Assembly: GCF_001194135.2 (NCBI RefSeq)
Contig: NC_068997.1
Span: 1,176,777 to 1,240,776, forward strand
Direction: 5' to 3'
Source of the DNA: Octopus bimaculoides
Taxonomy: Eukaryota
Length of the DNA stretch: 64,000 nt
Of the stretch, positions 11,201-24,657 are shown piece after piece. The translations under genes were made by a program, and so were the position numbers. How positions within the stretch are numbered: the stretch's first letter is position 1; each line of letters starts with the position of its first letter. The notes beneath the pieces were generated by a model. The model did no database searches. It saw nothing but the letters and a program-made list of their open reading frames with translations, and was not told the DNA's origin.

Positions 11201-12804
11201 TAGTAGAGTCACTTGATATGGCCTGATGTTAGTGAATTTTAACTCCCAATCTTTCAATCACCTAAATATTTTACTTCTTTATAGCAACATGAACGTCTTC
11301 GTTATTGTCTGAAATTTGAAGAGTGACCACGGAATAAATATTACCAGTTTCTCAGTCTGGCATTCAATAGAAAAGATTATAATAATTAGATCTTCAAAGG
11401 TTTAAGAATACTTATTTAATTAATGTTGGATCAAAACAGAACGACACTTACGACACTTCATTATATTTCACTATACAACGATTATAGATTAAATGTTAAC
11501 CGTGACATCAAAGAAAAACCCAGATATGAAATGTGTGGTTCGGACCAACACGACACTATAAAGAAGAAAAAAATATCACATTAACTTTATGGTCGTCCAT
11601 TCATCATATAGAGTGATAAATGTGGAAATATATGCTTCTAAAATTAGGCACATGAACTTAGAATTAGGTTATTGGTAGGTTAGAAAATTCACGCAGATTG
11701 GGAGAGATGGCCGTTTGAAATATACAATTTTAATTTCAAAAGATTCCATAAAAATTTATTAGTGTTGTCATACACTGGTTTTATGACGTGTGCCTTGGAG
11801 TTAACTTGTTTTCTGTCCCTGTTGGTTGTCACTTGTAACTGATTGACTTGGTAAAAGATATATTTTTCTTGAAATAAAACAAAGAAACTTCATGAACAAT
11901 GCTTTTTTTCTTTTGTGGAACTGTGACGTTGGCGCACTGTGACTGCAAAAATTGCAGAGTATTATTGCCAGGCCTGATGTACTCTCTTGTTTTGTGTAAT
12001 TCAACTGTGAAACTCGTACTCCTTTCTTCATACCATCTGCCATAATTAAGTAATTTGAGTCAGTTTTCGGTGTTTCAAGTCTGGGCTGAGGTCGTTTCAC
12101 TTCACGTCAACGAAAGGAAGATTACACGTCACAAAATGCTCATTTACATCTCTAAGAATTTGTCTAATGATAACGCAAAACAATAATTCTTTCTCACTTG
12201 AAATTTGCGAAGAAGAAATATAACGTCAAGCCAGCTTAACATTTACTGCCTACAATATTTACAATTCAAATAAGAAATTACTTTAACTGCTTTTCAATAA
12301 TCCAATAATCCAATACAATTACCATAAGGTGCTTAATTAATTTATCATATGAAAGCTCCGAGTGTTTGCGTATTCACTAAAGGATTTGCCGGAGTACGAA
12401 TATAAATTTCTCTGAAACAATCACCCATTCATAAGGTGTTATTTTTTAATTAAACACTTTCAAGGTGTCTAGATAACTAAATTTCAAAAGACGTGGACTG
12501 ATGAATGATCTCGCACTAACATGTGAATCTAGCTTCAACTGACAGGAACATACTGATATATAAACCTGACCATTTGCCATCAAGAAATTTGTTCGGTTTA
12601 GTGTTGTACAGTTGTAAGTGGCCGAAGAAGGTGAAAGCCTCTATTTAAAACGTGTAAAGTTAGGAAGTCATAAGCCGACAACAGTGTAACGTTTTAAAAA
12701 CAACGAATTACTGTGTAGAAGCAATGAGTGGTGTCTTGTTGAAGCTAATCACATAAAAGAAACGAAGTCTATTTATTTCACACTTTAATAAGTTAAATAT
12801 AGAT

Positions 12805-13020
12805 TTCAAATTTTGGCACAAGACCCGAAAGTTCGAGACAGGAGATAAGTGAAGTACATCAATCCCAGTGTTCAATTGGTACTTATTTTATCGACTCTTA
12901 TTTTAGCGATGGGAGACAAAGTCGACCTCGACGGAATTTGAACTCAGAACGTTAAAGACAGACGAAATGCCGTTGAGCATTTTACCCGGCGTGCTAACAG
13001 TTCTGCCAGCTCGTCGCCTT
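12805..13020 (-). mobile_element. SINE family A
   Basis: aaagtcgacctcgacggaatttgaactcagaacg...cggcgtgctaacagttctgccagctcgtcgcctt. Confidence 0.9.
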
Positions 13021-13854
13021 GCAATTGTTTTTCTATTTTGTCTTTGCATTGGTTTGGTCTGAAGCAAGGATCTTGGTCCATAACCATCATACACTCTCGT
13101 GACAGGCTAGATTGATGTGGTTAGTGATGCTGTTGCGTAATTACAACTCGACCCCTGCAAGAAAAGAACATATACAGGTAAGCAAAATTCTAGAAAGCCA
13201 ATGTTCTGGGCAGGGAAGGTTAAATTTAATAATTAGTGTGAGAACATAATGAGTGATGGGAGGAAGAGAGACGTATGAGATGGAATAGCTTAAGAAAAGA
13301 GGAATAACTTAAAGCGCAAAGTGACTTAAAGGGGAAAATGACAGATCTGGGAAGTTGAAAAGACAGATTGAAACCATTCTAAGAATAAGATTTAAGATGT
13401 CCGTAGTATCATTATTACCATTCTATATTTGAGGCAGGTATCCCATTATAGGTCTCACTTGAGTTTTGTAGAGGTCTGTCTTTCTTATGTTTAATACGTC
13501 AGTGAAGGCAAGGCTTCGCAATTGAGGCAATGTTAGGGTTCTAGCTGCCATTTTTAAGCGGAAAATACAATGATGAAAGATAATTTTGAAGTCCTTGTTT
13601 CAGTGAGTCAGAAAAATTTGGTGCGAGTTGCCTTATGTTAATTGTATGTCTTGTTTAGGTGCGAAAAGTTAAGATTTCTGCTATTAAAAATATAGTTTAA
13701 CAGGTGTCAACTTACTTATCAACTTCAGAGTGTGAGCGATAGGAAAAAGGGATATGCATGCATTTCCCGAAGAATTTCATGGAATAAATGGAATAATTGA
13801 ATCCAGCATCAAACTTACCTCTCATCACCCTCAGCCCTAGAACTTACGATCTGT

Positions 13855-14070
13855 AAAATTGGTTGTCTTTGTAGGTCAAGCCTGACTGAGAAGTTCTATA
13901 GACATTCCATCCGTGTTCATATCGTCAATCTTTTAGGCTGTAGATTACAACTACTAATCATCTAATGTGTCCTTCTTTCGTAGAGATGATATAATAATGT
14001 TTGAGAGGCTTGTCTGTTATTCCTAGTAGATCGAGTTAAATGCCGAACTTTCGCTAACAGAAGATTTTCT
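13855..14070 (-). mobile_element. Family D repeat (inverted, diverged)
   Basis: Reverse-complement similarity to the family D ends (ggtcaagcctgactgag, gacattcca, ttcctagtagatcgag). Confidence 0.4.
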
Positions 14071-14169
14071 CCGTTAACTACTATGCTTCCTATGATAAGT
14101 ATCTTTTCCTTCAAAAAATGATTATTTCTGTTGGCTTGACGAATCCAAATCATTCTCTGCATATACTAA

Positions 14170-14370
14170 AAAGAGCCTTACCCGTTGCTTTGGTCTGCTA
14201 GCTGTACCAGCTAAATCTCATCCAAGTCATGTCCTACCATATTTAAAAAATAAAGATACACTGAATATAAAACTGGATGGTTACATTTGAAACTTCTTTG
14301 ACCATATATCAGATCTAATGGAGTTGACATTGAGGTGGGTATGAATAAACGACAATAACATCAACAACAA
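14170..14370 (+). mobile_element. Family D repeat
   Basis: gttgctttggtctgctagctgtaccagctaaatctc...ggatggttaca...tttgaccata...gttgacattgagg...aacaac. Confidence 0.5.
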
Positions 14371-15822
14371 GCCTCACATTCAGAACTTCCTCTACTTTAC
14401 GGTTATACTGTTATTTACAACTGTAAATATTTCCATTTTGAGGTACCTATTTACAGCTAGGTTAACTGAGCTGTTGAAAATTAAATATACTGGTCAACCA
14501 TACATAGCTATTCCTGCGACATGATACAACTAATCAGTCTCTGGATCCAATTGTTATCCCATTCACTCACTCGTCAGAAACCCTAATGAATGCCCTGAAC
14601 TTCATTGTTTCTCTAATCACAGGTAAGTAATTGTTAATCATTTTAATGAAGCTCTTCGGGAAGTCTATTGCTCGAATCAGTTAGATCACTAAATATTTCA
14701 GCAGTGAGTGTAATGTTTTTCTAAATATGGGTTACTACTCTCATATATACAAAGACACTGTTCTTTTCTTTTTATCAATAGTTTCCTTAATCAGAGTTTT
14801 CAAAAATTACCCCAATCAGTCCATATATTACGGTGTACTAAAATACACAATCATAATCTCATAATTTCGCCAATTCTAATATGTGCTTCTCTCTGTCACT
14901 ACTCTAGTGGACTTTCTTTCATAGCTTCTCGGCTACACCCTTATCTTAATCTTGTTTCTTACTGTCCATGTCAAGTTTCTCTTTCTAAAGTCTACACTAT
15001 ACCTATTATAACGATCCTTTCAACTTGCCTAGCTTCCTATGTCTTCTCGTAAAAACCGTTAGTCCACATTAACTACATTAATTTACCTGAGCTTTATACC
15101 TGCCTGATCCAAAACACCTTTTCAGGTAATATTCTTTCTCTTTTGAGACCGATAAAAATCAGTATGTAACCTAAAGTAAATAATTTTTCCATTTTTTAAA
15201 ACAGAAAACGTAGGCTTTACAGACAAAGCAGCTATTATACATTAAGTAGGTATCCACCATTAGGAAAGTTAATGCTTTTCAATCGACTTGGAATAGATGT
15301 TGTAAAGTTGTATATGAAATTAAATTTACAACTAACGCATTTAGTGAATTTCATTGAAGATCAACATTGTTATATAGAATTAACACTTTACAGGACAAAA
15401 TACATTCTAAAAGCCAGAACAAAGAATCAGGTAAAGGTTTTTAGCGTTTGATATGGTTTTAAGATGGAATGGGCTTCCTAATTGCTTTGATGGGTGAATG
15501 CATTCGTTTGATAGTCCTCGCAATGAATAGAAGAATGTAAAGTAATTTTCTTAACTACTTGTCATTCTGCGAAGCATAATAATATTCCAGCGGTTGGTTA
15601 AAATCCATTCCTCCGGCAGCAAGACCTCTTGCTGCGTTCCCGTGAAGACTACATCAACGTCATCAACAATCTATTTATTCTACACAGCCATTCTCTATAA
15701 CAACAGCCTGAGCTACTGTCAATATATTTCGTCCACAAATCAATCTCTGCATTTATTAAGAAAAGTTTATCGATTACTCTTCAAACACAAAGCCAGAAGC
15801 ATTCACATACACACATACGCAG

Positions 15823-15839
15823 AGAGAGATATAGAGAGT

Positions 15840-15932
<93 letters not shown>
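15823..15932. repeat. (AG)n microsatellite; others at 16550-16620, 23416-23535, 23709-23753 (CT), 53443-53524 and 60877-60996 (CT)
   Basis: Direct reading of the sequence. Confidence 0.95.
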
Positions 15933-15936
<4 letters not shown>

Positions 15937-16547
15937 TAGTAGCGTTACTGATATAGGTTCATTTATATTCACAAACATACATACCTGTACATAAAATCAA
16001 TAATCCCCAAAGAAACAAAAACACTTACAATGAAGGAAAGATACATATTTTTTTCATTATTGGCATCAAGCATGTCCATTTTGATGGGTGGGGGAGGTAG
16101 CGTTAAATATTCTATGATGTTACGAAATAATGGAAATTGAACAGCAACAAAAGAAAAATGAAACCTTTCTAAAGTGAGTTGGACAACGTGACACCCGTTC
16201 GGTATGTAAGATCACTGATAAAACGGTCAAAGTTGCGTATTATTAACACAATGTGTTTTAAATTGTATGAGAAAAATATACTAAATACTCATAAATATTG
16301 AGGTAGAATATGGTAACATTTTATTCAACCGTTGGAATTGTTTACTAATCAATCAATAGTCTTTATCAATCAATCTTAACCATTCTGAAGCTTGGCTTAT
16401 CATGAATGATTATTATAGTTCAATCAGAGTGCGATAGAGGAATTACCCATTGTCTTCTAGAGGAGAGATTAAAGTGTAAAATAAAAAGAAAAGAAAAGAG
16501 AAAGAGGAAAGATAAGGTTGAGAGGAGAGAAAGTGGGAAAGAGTTTG

Positions 16548-16621
<74 letters not shown>

Positions 16622-16746
16622 GTAGGGATTGTTACGAATGTGAAATATAAGTAAAGTGAGATAACATCAGGAATTAAGATCGAATCACAAAATCAACCAC
16701 ACCGGCGTCGTTTTCTAGTTACCGTATTTTCAATATATTTTTTCCG

Positions 16747-16955
16747 CAAGGTGGCGAGCTGGCAGAAACGTTAGCACGCCGGGCGATATTCTTAGCAGTA
16801 TTTCGTCTGTCTTTAGGTTCTGAGTTCAAATTCTGCCGAAGTAGACTTTGCCTTTCGGGGTCGATAAATTAAGTACCAGTTGCGTTTTGGGCTCGATTTA
16901 ATCGACTGGTTCTTTCTCCAAAATTTTCGGACCTTGTGCCTAGAGTAGAAAAAGA
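16747..16955 (+). mobile_element. SINE family A, full length
   Basis: aaggtggcgagctggcagaaacgttagcacgccgggcga...gagttcaaattc...cctttcggggtcgataaattaagtaccag...ccttgtgcctagagtagaaaaagaa. Confidence 0.92.
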
Positions 16956-17059
16956 AAATATTTCTTCCACTGAACCAAATGTTTCTTTTTGGGATATTAT
17001 GAAGTCATAATTGAACTTATGTATTTAAAACTGGTAACTAAGGAATATCTCACAGATTT

Positions 17060-17250
17060 CAGAGTAGAACGAATGCTGTAGTGTCTGCTTGACCTAAAAA
17101 ATCTCTAAAACTACACTGTATCATATTTTTAAAAAATGGAGCTATTGGAGACAAAGATAAACTGTCAGGAAAAACAGTGATTCTTTTGAATGTAGCCCGA
17201 CTCGATCAAGAATGACCTTAGGTCAAAACATCAATAGCAACAAAAGCAGC
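17060..17250 (+). mobile_element. Family D repeat
   Basis: gtgtctgcttgacct..aaaatctctaaaactacactgtatc...cgactcgatcaagaatgaccttaggtcaaaacatcaatagcaac. Confidence 0.45.
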
Positions 17251-17524
17251 ATCCACTTATACTTAGCTTAATCTGGACACTTGAAGGTCAACGTGCTGAC
17301 CTTGCGTTGGTAACAGAGTGCAAACCCCGAAATGTTACTTGATTCCATATCATCTTCGTTGAACTCAGATTCATAACGATGTGACAAAAAACCATTGTTT
17401 AAATATTTCGAGCTTAAACTTAGAAACTAGAAGGGAGTTTTTTTTTAAACAAGTAAATCTCAGATAGACTTCTGTGACAGATGTAATGGTGCTTTGATCT
17501 ATGAGCTATTAAGATAAAAATGTT

Positions 17525-17556
<32 letters not shown>

Positions 17557-17874
17557 TGATACCAGCCTCATTAGACGTATCAGACGTCAATGCATTACAA
17601 AAATATAGAAATATTTGTCATCTTCGCGTCACTCATCTTCTTTTATCAAACTTCCACCAGAAAATTATTTCAGTCAACAACACGCTTTAAGATATCCACA
17701 TCAATTAACTGCCATTAATCATAATGCAGTTTCATATTTTATTGTTTAAAAGTCATGATTCTCTTCGTCCAGCTTCTATTTGATTGATGTGAAGGTTGAC
17801 GCGTTCAATGAAGGGCTGAACAGTAGTCAAATCGATTGGGAGCCTGACATAATACATCTCAATACTTAGTTCCG

Positions 17875-18340
17875 CCAGAGGATGGCGAGCGAGCAGGATC
17901 GTTAGTACGCCGGGCAAAATGCGTAGCGGTATTTCGTCCATTTTACGTACTAAGTTCAAATTCCGCTGAGGTCGACTTTGCCTTTTATCCTTTCGGGGTC
18001 GGTAAAATAAGTATCAGTTGAATACCAGGGTCAACGTCATCGACTTAATACTCTCCTCAGAATTGCTGGCTTTGTGTCAAAATTTGAAAGCAATATTTAA
18101 TTCCGCTAGAAAGTGGTGAGCTGGTAGGATCGTTAGCGCGCCGGGCAAAATGCTTTGCGGTACTTTGTCTTTACGTTCTGAGTTCAGATTCTGCCGAGAT
18201 CGACTTTGTCTTTCATCCATTGGGGGTCGATGAAATAAGTAACAGTTGAACACTGGGGTCGATGTAATCGACTTACCTCATCTCCCAAAATTGCTGGACT
18301 TGTGCCAAAATTTGAAACCAATATTTAATTCTGCCTCTGA
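17875..18340 (+). mobile_element. Two tandem SINE-A copies (about 17875-18095 and 18108-18325)
   Basis: Head, B-box and central domain are repeated twice; both end ttgtg(t/c)caaaatttgaaa(g/c)caatatttaatt. Confidence 0.88.
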
Positions 18341-19284
18341 ATTCAAATTTTATCTCAATCACCTTTTTTATTTTATTCTTTCTGGGCCCGTAAGTGACGT
18401 CGATGACTCGTTTATTTTCCTCTCCAATAAATAAATGACATTACGTAAATGTGAGAAAATCGATTAAAAAACCCACCTCAAGCTAAGCCAACAACAGAGA
18501 CCGAAGAGTATGTTGACTCAGAGATGGAAGAGAGAAATAAGGTTTCGTCCTTGTTCGAGATTAGATCTTTTTCGGTGTGGCTTGGTGAGCACTGCTTAAA
18601 GTAAATGTTTCTACTGAAAGAATACATATATTTGTAGTCTAAGCTAACGGCTGATATCGGTTGACAAGGCTGCTATATCATTTATGATTGCAATGTCGAT
18701 TATCTCAAAATCAACAAGATGCTTTGCAACAGTAAAACTACCATCAACAATAGCAACCATATTATGAAGGTATCTTGCAGAAACAGGGAACAAAACCAGG
18801 ATAGAAAATAGAAATAGAAAAACGAAACAATAACATCAAAAGTAAACATGCTATAACAAATACAACAACAATAACTACACCAACTATAAATATAATAGCT
18901 GCATGAGTAAGTCCTTTTGCTATAATTTCCGGAAGAAAGAACGATTCGTTTTGTTGAAAGACTCCCTTTATCATTTCATACAATGTTTATGGCTTTCCAG
19001 CATTTTATTCTCGTTAACTTTCCACAATCGTATTTTCCTTCTATCAGCAAGCCTATATTTTACATTATTTCATATTAATATTGTTTTTCAATCTGATGCG
19101 CACACATATATGTATGTTATATGAATATATATATATATGTGAATCACAATGTGCATCAGTATTAACATATTGAAACATATCGAAAGAATGCAAAATAGAA
19201 AATTTCTGATAGATGATTGTGGGAAGCTAGTGACAATAAAATAGTTGAAGTACAGATAGGGTATCACATGATAAAAGGACACTG

Positions 19285-19384
19285 TGTCTATGCATGCATG
19301 TATGTATGTATGTATGTATGTATGTATGTATGCATGTATGCATGTATTTATGTATGCATGTATTTATGCATGCATAATATGTGC

Positions 19385-19420
<36 letters not shown>
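19285..19420. repeat. (ATGT)n / (GT)n microsatellite
   Basis: Direct reading of the sequence. Confidence 0.95.
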
Positions 19421-19421
<1 letters not shown>

Positions 19422-19522
19422 GTTGTTTCAGAATTCGTGCCGGTCACTAACAAAGTGGCAATGCTCTTTTAAGCTACGATGGCTCTTGAGGTTTGTGGTT
19501 ACTTAAATTGGTTGATGTATGC

Positions 19523-19821
19523 CAGTGGTTCTCAACTGGGGTACATATGGATTCTGGAGTTCCATGCAAGCAAAATAGTAAATCAGGGATTCACAGTAGT
19601 ATATTTTTTAGATGTATTTATTGCAAGAAACAGCGAGATTTCTTTCTCCACCGTTTTACATAGTTCAACCCATACAAGTCAAAGTTCGAAAAACAAAATA
19701 AGAATTCTGAAAGAAGTATCTATAAAACTATTTTCTTAAACATCGAATAGGTGTTGGGGTCCACTAGAGGAAAAATAATAATCAAAGGGGCCCAAAGGTA
19801 AAACATGGTTGAGAACCACAC
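19523..19821. mobile_element. hAT-type (Charlie-like) MITE, ~300 bp
   Basis: Terminal inverted repeats cagtggttctcaac (19523) and gttgagaaccac (19808-19819); no coding capacity; 8-bp TSD not recognisable. Confidence 0.75.
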
Positions 19822-19984
19822 GCGCACACATATGAGTATATTACATGCATATATGTGTGCTTGTGGATAACCTTACATTCGAAGATGTGCGTGTCACGAT
19901 AGAATGTGTATTTCATTACTTCTAGTGTATTCCATATGTGTTTGTGAATGTGGGCATACTTTCATTCAGGATCTCAGATTGATA

Positions 19985-20420
19985 ATCCCTGAAGTGTCTT
20001 ACAAACTTTCACCATTCATCTCATCGCTAGTACCTGGAGAAAGCGAATTAATTCGCTCCTTTCCCTTTTAAGAGAAGCCAAGCATTTCTAGATTTTTTTG
20101 CAAAACAGGTGTTACGTAGCCCAGTGCGCCTATAATTATGGGAACAAATGAGCATTTATATCTGCGATATGAGAACTGTAGATTTCTCATAGATGTCCTA
20201 TCTTTCTCCAAATTTTCAAGAGATATTCATCTCTATTGGGTAGCACCAAGTTTATTCTCTGTTTCATAATATTTATCTGATCTGTTGCATACCAAATTGG
20301 TGATTTTATTGGAGTGTTCCCTTGGTATTCTTTATTTCTAAAGTTGTAGATATGTAGACAAGGTCTTCCGTTTCTTGTACCTATGCTTTACTGTAGGCTT
20401 TGAACTTAACTTCTGATTTC
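19985..20420 (-). mobile_element. Decayed C-terminal fragment of an RLE-type (R4/Dong/NeSL-like) non-LTR retrotransposon
   Basis: Minus-strand translation includes FVPIIIGALGYVT and ERSELIRFLQVLA..VKVCKTL, typical of the RLE C-terminus; many stops. Confidence 0.6.
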
Positions 20421-20939
20421 GATACGTCAAAATAAGTTAACAGAGTTTTGCAGCGAGTCAAAGGTTGCTGATGGATTTATATTTTCTTCATATTGAAAAA
20501 CAATATTTACCTGGTGTTTGCTTGATATGTGTAAGTCGAATAACAGCGACATGGATGAACATATGTAAGAGATTTATTACCCATTAATAAACTGTTCAAA
20601 AAGAAATTCTTTGGTTGACACTGTTTGGGAATTAACAGGAAAACAGTTTATATAAGTATCCATGTGGGTGGGTGTTAGTTCTTCTATTGACAACACAGGA
20701 AGGAGATTAAAATATTTTATAGTTGTTTATAAGCACATCAAAAAATAATATAGGTAGCAGACAGCGTCTTGTATAAATGGGTTATAAAAATGGTATTTGA
20801 AAGTTTAAAATGACTGTTAATGCTTTTAATTTATTTTCTCGAATTTGATAAATGATAGGCAAAGTTGATGCAAGAATAATTTGTAATCAGAACATAAAGA
20901 GACAAGAAATACCACTAAGCCTTTAGAACCAACTCACAC

Positions 20940-21224
20940 GATTTTGAACTCAGAATATAGTGATGGGCGAAATACCGTTAAGCATTCCGTCCAGCTTGCT
21001 AACGATTCTGCTAATTCACCGCCTCAATAATAACGATAATCCTTTCTATTATTGGCACAAGGCTTGGAATTTTGGGGAGAGGGGCAGTCGATTACATCGA
21101 CCCCAGTACTCAACTGGTACTTAATTTATCGGCCCCGAAAGGATGAAAGGTGAAGTCGACCTCGGCGCAATTTTCACTCAGAACTTAATGACGTGCGAAA
21201 TACCGCTAAGCATTTCGCCGCCTC

Positions 21225-21225
<1 letters not shown>
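20940..21225 (-). mobile_element. Two tandem SINE-A copies (partial 20940-21025; 21040-21225)
   Basis: Repeated gaactcagaa...gcgaaataccg(t/c)taagcatt...cgcct motifs with a short (AAT) spacer. Confidence 0.88.
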
Positions 21226-21285
<60 letters not shown>

Positions 21286-21287
21286 GT

Positions 21288-21360
<73 letters not shown>

Positions 21361-21380
21361 CCAATGATAATAATAATAAT
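21226..21380. repeat. Compound (AAT)n(AAC)n microsatellite
   Basis: Direct reading of the sequence. Confidence 0.95.
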
Positions 21381-21382
21381 GA

Positions 21383-22965
21383 CGAGTGAAATACTACAGA
21401 AAACAAAGCTGGGGTATGACCTGGAAAGCGGTAAGGGAAAACTAAAATACTTGCTATTCATGGACCACCTGAAGCTATTCGCAAAAACTGAAGCAGAACT
21501 GGACAGCCTAGTTCAGTCTGTGCGGATTATCTCCAATGATATTAAGATGGAATCGGACTCTCAAAATGTGCTGCGATGGTGATGAGACGAAGAAAGCTTG
21601 CCAGGACAGAAGGCATTTGGTTGTCAGGTGGTGAAATGATGAAGACAATTCAACCTCAATCCACCTATAAGTACTTGGAAATACTTGAGGCAGATGGAAT
21701 CAAATACCACGACATGAAGGAAAAGACCAAAAAGAGAGTACCTGCGGCAAGTGAGAAAAATATTGGCGACAAAGCTGAATGCCAGAAATATAATTTCGGC
21801 GATAAACCCGCGCGCAGTCGCAGTAGTTCGGTATGGCACTGGAATCCTGAAGTGGACAGAGGAGGAGCTAAAGGAGATGGACAGGAAGTCAAGAAAGCTC
21901 CAAACGATGAATGGAGCCCATCATCTACGTGCAGACACTAATCACCTATACATGAAGAGAGCAATAGGAAGAAGAGGACTGATAAATGTGGAAATCTGCG
22001 TGCGTATCGAACTCGAGAGCTTAATGAGATACCTAGTCCAAAGTAAGGAAATCTTGCCAGTGACAGTCAGGATCGAGGGAGTATTGTGAGCAGAGAAAAA
22101 GGAGAAAACAAAGAAAGAAGTACTAAAAGGGCATGAAGAAGAATTACGCAAGAAGGGACAACACAATCATTTCCATGTATCTACAACAGAAGTTGCTGGA
22201 AAAAATAGGTGAGATTGGCTGATGAAAGAAATCTTAAAAAAAGACACCGAGAGCACTATATTGGCAGCGCAAGAACAAGCTTTGGCCACGAATTGGGGGA
22301 GGGTCAACCTTAGGAATGAGCAAGTGTCTCTGCTGTGTCGCATCATTGCCCATATCACAAACAAATGTCCTAGACGTACCCCAAAACCCTACAAGGTATG
22401 GTGACACGACCAAGTAGCGAAAGTGCTCCACTGGAAAAGTGAGGGCTAGAGAGAGGCAAGACGTGATATGAGCACAAACCGCAGTGTGGCGGTGTCGGAG
22501 ACTAGGAAAATCTTCTGGAATTTCCCAATCCAAACAGATAAGGTGCTAGAGCATAACAGACAAGACCTAATGGTGGTGGACAAGGTGCACACATACGCTA
22601 TATGGTTAACGTTACATTCCCCTTTGACCTACGAATAATGAAGAAGAGAGGCGAAAAGATAGATACAACCCTTTTAAGTACGACATAATACGGCTAGGGA
22701 AATTGAAGACGGTGAAGACAATGCCAGTTATTGTTGGATTCTTAGGGAACAGTATCAGAAGGCATCAAAGGGAATATGAAGGAAATGGGGATAGAGAGCC
22801 CAGTAGAACTGTTACAAAAGGTTTGCCTCCTTGGCACGGCCAGAATAATCAGGAAAACATTAGATAGCTGGAAAGTGACAATAGCATGGTACCCGTAGGC
22901 TGGAGTTAGTAAGCTCACTACACATGCAAGACTCCCGGAGCTCCAACAAAACTTGTGATAAAGAG
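21383..22965 (+). mobile_element. 5'-truncated, frameshifted R4/Dong-like non-LTR retrotransposon (RT end, CCHC remnant, restriction-like endonuclease)
   Basis: Fragments LLFMDHLKLFAK (RT FMDD-type motif), YKYLEILEA, AVAVVRYGTGILKWT, STILAAQEQAL, RHDQVAKVLHW, KIFWNFPIQTDKVLEHNRQDLMVVDK and GTARIIRKTL. Confidence 0.9.
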
Positions 22966-22984
22966 ATAATGATAACGATGACAA

Positions 22985-23200
22985 AGCAGGAAGCTGGCAG
23001 AAACGTGAGCAGGTCGGGCGAAATGCTTGGCGGTGTTTCGTCTGTCTTTACGTTCTGAGTTCAAATTCCGCTGTGGTCGACTTTACCTTCCATCCTTTCG
23101 GAGTTGATAAATTAAGTACCAGTTGCGTACTGGGTCGATCTAATCGTCTCACCCCCTTCCACAAAATTTCGGGCCTTGTGCCTAGAGTAGAAAAGAATGA
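22985..23200 (+). mobile_element. SINE family A
   Basis: ggaagctggcagaaacgtgagc...gagttcaaattccg...gggccttgtgcctagagtagaaaagaat. Confidence 0.9.
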
Positions 23201-23705
23201 CAATGATGATGATAATTAGCAGTGCAGTACCCGTGTAATTGCACAGAGGAAGATGGCTGAAAGTTAATAGAGAACTATCGAATATATACTTAGATACAAA
23301 GACATATATTGACACACACACGCACTCACATACACGCTGAATAAGTTAGGAATCATCTTTCATCTAACCATTATTTTATAGACTATTTTTTATAGTCTTC
23401 AAAAATACTTTAAGCAGAGAGAGAGAGGGAGAGAGAGAGAGAGAGGGGGAGAGAGGGAGAGAGAGAGAGAGGGAGAGAGAGAGAGAGGGAGAGAGAGAGA
23501 GAGAGATAGAGAGAAAGAGAGAGAGAGAGAGAGGGGGGCGGGAAAGTGAATGAGGAAATGAAATAATTAGAAACTCAGTAACATCGCAACTTTATTACGT
23601 TTCGATTAATTACTTTCTCTTGTCTATCTCTGCATCACTTTCACCCTTTCAACTTTTTACTCTTTTCTTTGCTTGCTTAAACTCTTATTCGGCCTCATAC
23701 TTAGA

Positions 23706-23759
<54 letters not shown>

Positions 23760-23890
23760 TATTCTCGTTACGACTCGCTGCTAACTTCATCCATCCGTTT
23801 TCACTCCTACTCTTTGACTTATCAGTATAAACATTATCACCGCCATCAGCACCGTTTCGCATTAACATGACTTATTTTCTCTAGCTTTTA

Positions 23891-23953
<63 letters not shown>

Positions 23954-24184
23954 CGTGCGTGTGTTGGTATCTATATATATAAATAATTCTTACTTTGCTT
24001 ATTTTTCTCTTTCTGTACCTTTCCTCATTCCCTATTATTTATAACTCCGCCTCCACTCTATAGCTACCAACTACATATTTTCATTTCTATTTCATTTATT
24101 TCCCTTAACTAATCGTAGTAGCGTATTATTGTTCTAACACATAGATATCAATAATAATAGCAATAATTTTGGTCTCCTATAAAC

Positions 24185-24558
24185 ATTAAGCCTGAAATAC
24201 CGTGGACAGGGGTTAGTCGATTACATCGACTCCAGTGCTCACCTGGTACTTATGTTGATGACTAAGGGCCGGAAGAAATGTGATTTCGTGTCTGACGTGC
24301 TAACGATCCTGCAAGCTCGTCACCTTAGTAGGAAGAGTAGTAGTTGTGATGGCTTCCGATTTCGGCACAAGATCAACAATTTCGGTAGAGGGAGATAATC
24401 GATTACATCGACCCGAGCGCTGAACTGGTACTTATCTTATCGACCCCGAGAGGATGAAAGGCAGAGTCAGAATGTAAAGACGGATGAAATGCTGCTGAGC
24501 ATTTTTCCCGGCCTGTTGACGATTCTGTCAGCTCGCCGTCTTATTATTGTTGCTGTTA

Positions 24559-24657
<99 letters not shown>

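Noticed and set aside
11801-12100. 99-aa minus-strand ORF
   Set aside because: No recognisable domain or splice structure; within chance expectation.
13040-14630. Plus-strand CAG|gtaag donors near 13158 and 14622
   Set aside because: No acceptor plus open-frame combination that was convincing.
18460-18600. Open frame NPPQAKPTTETEEYVDSEMEERNK with a possible donor
   Set aside because: No plausible acceptor; cannot be supported.
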